Below, in pieces: positions 61,230 to 64,000 of a stretch of DNA of 64,000 nucleotides; the first letter of the stretch is position 1, and each line of letters starts with the position of its first letter. Both the position numbers and the translations under genes were made by a program. The stretch covers positions 35,340,001 to 35,404,000 of the forward strand of contig OZ024752.1 in assembly GCA_964016885.1 (NCBI GenBank), read 5' to 3'. Under the pieces are notes generated by a model, which saw nothing but the letters and a program-made list of their open reading frames with translations, was not told where the DNA came from and did no database searches. This DNA is from Eledone cirrhosa (taxonomy: Eukaryota).

Positions 61230-61583
61230 ACGAAAAGCAATTGAAAAAGAGATATGTTGTAATGCTTTTGCGAAATTTAAATAAGGCTAATGGGCTTTGC
61301 ACTGGAACAAGAATTCCAATAAAGTATTTGTATGAACGCATGGCTGAAGGCGACATTTTTACAGTAGGTGAACATTATAGAAAACATGTCATTGAGCCAA
61401 TAATTAAACTGGAACTTTCTGACATTACCATTCACCCTTACGGTACGCTTGCAGTTTCCAATTGGAGAGAATTTCTGAATGACAGTCAATACATCCCAAT
61501 GTCAATCATTGAGTAAAATAGGTCTGTTCTTTCCAAATGATTTATTTGTTCGTGAACAAATCTATATAGATCTGTCAAGATCT
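61230..61583 (+). pseudogene. Helitron-type PIF1 helicase C-terminal relic
   Basis: VMLLRNLNKANGLCTGTRI (compare MLLRNL..GLCNGTRL), then after a frameshift QFPI...*MTVNTSQCQSL..IG....F...QIYIDLSR (compare MTINKSQGQSL..HGQLYVALSR). Confidence 0.8.
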
Positions 61584-61794
61584 ACACACAATGCTGCAGG
61601 TATAATGACAACATTATAATATATATAGTCACCAACCTTTCTATACACTGAAGTTTTTCCTTTGTCTTTTTAATTCTTTTATATCGTTGAGGTGTGATGC
61701 GCGTTTCACGATTGATCAGCTCAATGTTCGATCTGCCGTCGATCGGGCCCGACTCTGGAATCAAAAATTCATCATATATAATATATATATATAT

Positions 61795-62043
61795 ATCACC
61801 TTGACCTTGACCGGCCAGTCTGTCACAGCACGTCATGCTGTTTTAACCATAAGATAACGCCATCCCACTGGCTGGGCGGGCAGGCCGGTACCTCTTCATC
61901 TCATTTCTACAGCTGAATAAACTGGAGCAACGTGAAATAAAGTGTCTTGCTCAAAGAAACAACACATCACCCGGTCCGAGAATTGAACTCACAACCTTTC
62001 GATTGCAAGCCCAATGCTCTAACCACTAAGCCATGCGCCTTCA
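61795..62043 (-). mobile_element. SINE family B
   Basis: Minus strand aggcgcatggcttagtgg..gagttcaattctc..gagcaagacact. Confidence 0.8.
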
Positions 62044-62581
62044 CATATATATATAGGATTTACGACCTGTTAGATAGTATCAGCAATTTGAAAGATTAAT
62101 GGAAACATTGTTTCCTTGGTTCGATCTGACGAGTTCCATTCGACTCGTTAAGCGAATGAAGTCTGGGATCTTATCGACGATTCGTATTATGTCAATGTCA
62201 CATACGATCTAGTAGTTATTTCCCACCCTACTTCCTTTAATCCTCATCATTCACTATCATCATCATCATCATCATCATAATTCTCATCATCACCACCACT
62301 ATCCTCATCATCATCATCACCACCCTCATCATCATCATCAACAACGGTGATATTGTTGTCAAGAAAATGGAGAGCGAACGCATTAATAACTTGTTTGTCA
62401 TCTCTGAATTTTGTTATTTCTTTTTTCAGGGCTCATTAAGCGCGGACAGATTTTTAGTATAAAGTATTAAAAAATCAATTTTGATTATGGCAATGAAACA
62501 AATGTGGCTGGTATTAGTACTATTAGTAACACATAGCATAATAATAGTTGGTGTTAGTTCCGAAAGCATACTCTAGCATAA

Positions 62582-63000
62582 TGGTTTCTGATTTTGGCAA
62601 GAAGCCAGCAATTTTTAGGGGGAGGGAAACTCGATTATATTAACACCAGTGTTTGTCTGGTACTGTATTTTATCAGTTTTCGGAGGAACGAAAAACAAAG
62701 CTAACCTCCGCGGGATTTGAACTCAGGAATCAAAGACCCGGAACAAATATTATAAAACATTTTGTCCAACGTTCTAACAGTTCTGCTAACCCGCTACTCT
62801 CACTTTAATATAATTGTTTCTATATTTGGCACAAGGCCAGCAATTATCCCAGTGCATTACTGGTACTTTATTTTATCGACCCCCGTAAGGATGTAAGGCA
62901 AAGTTAACCTCGACAGGATTTGAACTCAGAACGTAAAGGGACGTAACTATGGTGCAAATAATGGAGTCCGGCCCTCTACCAATACTGCCAATCCATCGCC
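62582..63000 (-). mobile_element. Two adjacent SINE family A copies (62582-62797, 62812-63000)
   Basis: Family motifs; ctctc(a/g)ctttaatataa duplication flanks the second copy. Confidence 0.85.
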
Positions 63001-64000
63001 CTTCTCTCGCTTTAATATAAGTATTTGTCCTACCTATTCCGGCATATGACAGACAGTGTTTCTATTTCTAAAGAATAGCCATCTCATAAACCATACTAAC
63101 TTTCAATGTCTCAAAGGTGATGCAGACAGTTGTTAAGGATCACCTTTAATATTTTGAAACCCTCTCCTATTCTGAGAGTAAAAGTATGGTGTCAGCTGAG
63201 TTGGATCCATTGGAAACATATTTCTAACTTCACATTGCTCAACCCCCGCTTTTGAAAACTTCTACGAAAGTAACGACTAATCAAACATCAAACTAAACAA
63301 TTTATCAATACCATTACTATTTAAAACAAAGTTCAACAAGCAATCTGAACTGTTTCAGAAATCGCAGATAGAAGTTAAAATGACTTGTAAATACACACTT
63401 GTAAATACTGGCACCCCTCACACTTGGTCGTTAAGTGAATCGATCGGTAAACGAATTTCTCATTAGACAACCAAGTTCTGTTTCAATGACCTGGTCATAA
63501 AATATATTTAGCTTTCGTTTTAATGTCACGCGATATAATAACTTTTCGTGCTCTCACAGACTTTATTAAGTATCAGTTTTATATTAAATGAATTATCTGA
63601 ATAATATTTTTTTTAAACATCTAATGGAAACATTATCTTAGTAACTATAAATTTGTTTCATTTTGCCAAACACTTACAAGCGGAAAAATAAAATAATTGT
63701 TTTGAAACATAACAAAAGCATTTTTCTAGATAGAGAACAGACAAAAATACGTAATAAAAATTGCATAAAAGAAATTTTAAAATACGTCATAGAGATGAGT
63801 ACATAAAACCATTTACGCTTGTATGAGTGGTAGTCGTTCAGTAAGGAATGTGTAGTCGTTAAGCGAGGAATAGCTGTATACTGTTTAGCAAGGAATGAGA
63901 GAAAAAGTATCAACATCCTTTAGTTAATGTATAAAAGATTCACGTCTCAAGAGTTTCAACCAAAGTGATAGATATAGATAGCATTTAAAAGATCCATTTT

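Overview
Very AT-rich, microsatellite-dominated eukaryotic DNA. The SINE, LINE and microsatellite make-up suggests a cephalopod (Octopus-like) genome, but that is inference. Nearly all long ORFs in the track are translations of simple repeats. The real coding remnants are four 5'-truncated Penelope-like retroelements (RT and/or C-terminal GIY-YIG endonuclease), R4/Dong-type LINE 3' ends, a Helitron PIF1-helicase relic and two possible host exons. About 20 tRNA-derived SINE copies and several minisatellites are also present. The main non-obvious signal is an RNA system in the (TA)n tracts. By eye I find about 24 complete or near-complete type I hammerhead ribozyme motifs from about ten sequence families. 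They include a 310-bp tandem, highly structured retrozyme-like array (36.2-37.5 kb) and many short tail-outward inverted insertions. Unrelated families share one 3' architecture: hammerhead, AT-rich junction, ACTC..GAGT hairpin, short tail. Their 5' breakpoints often fall inside the CUGANGA core. All ribozyme calls come from manual motif and pairing inspection; activity is untested.
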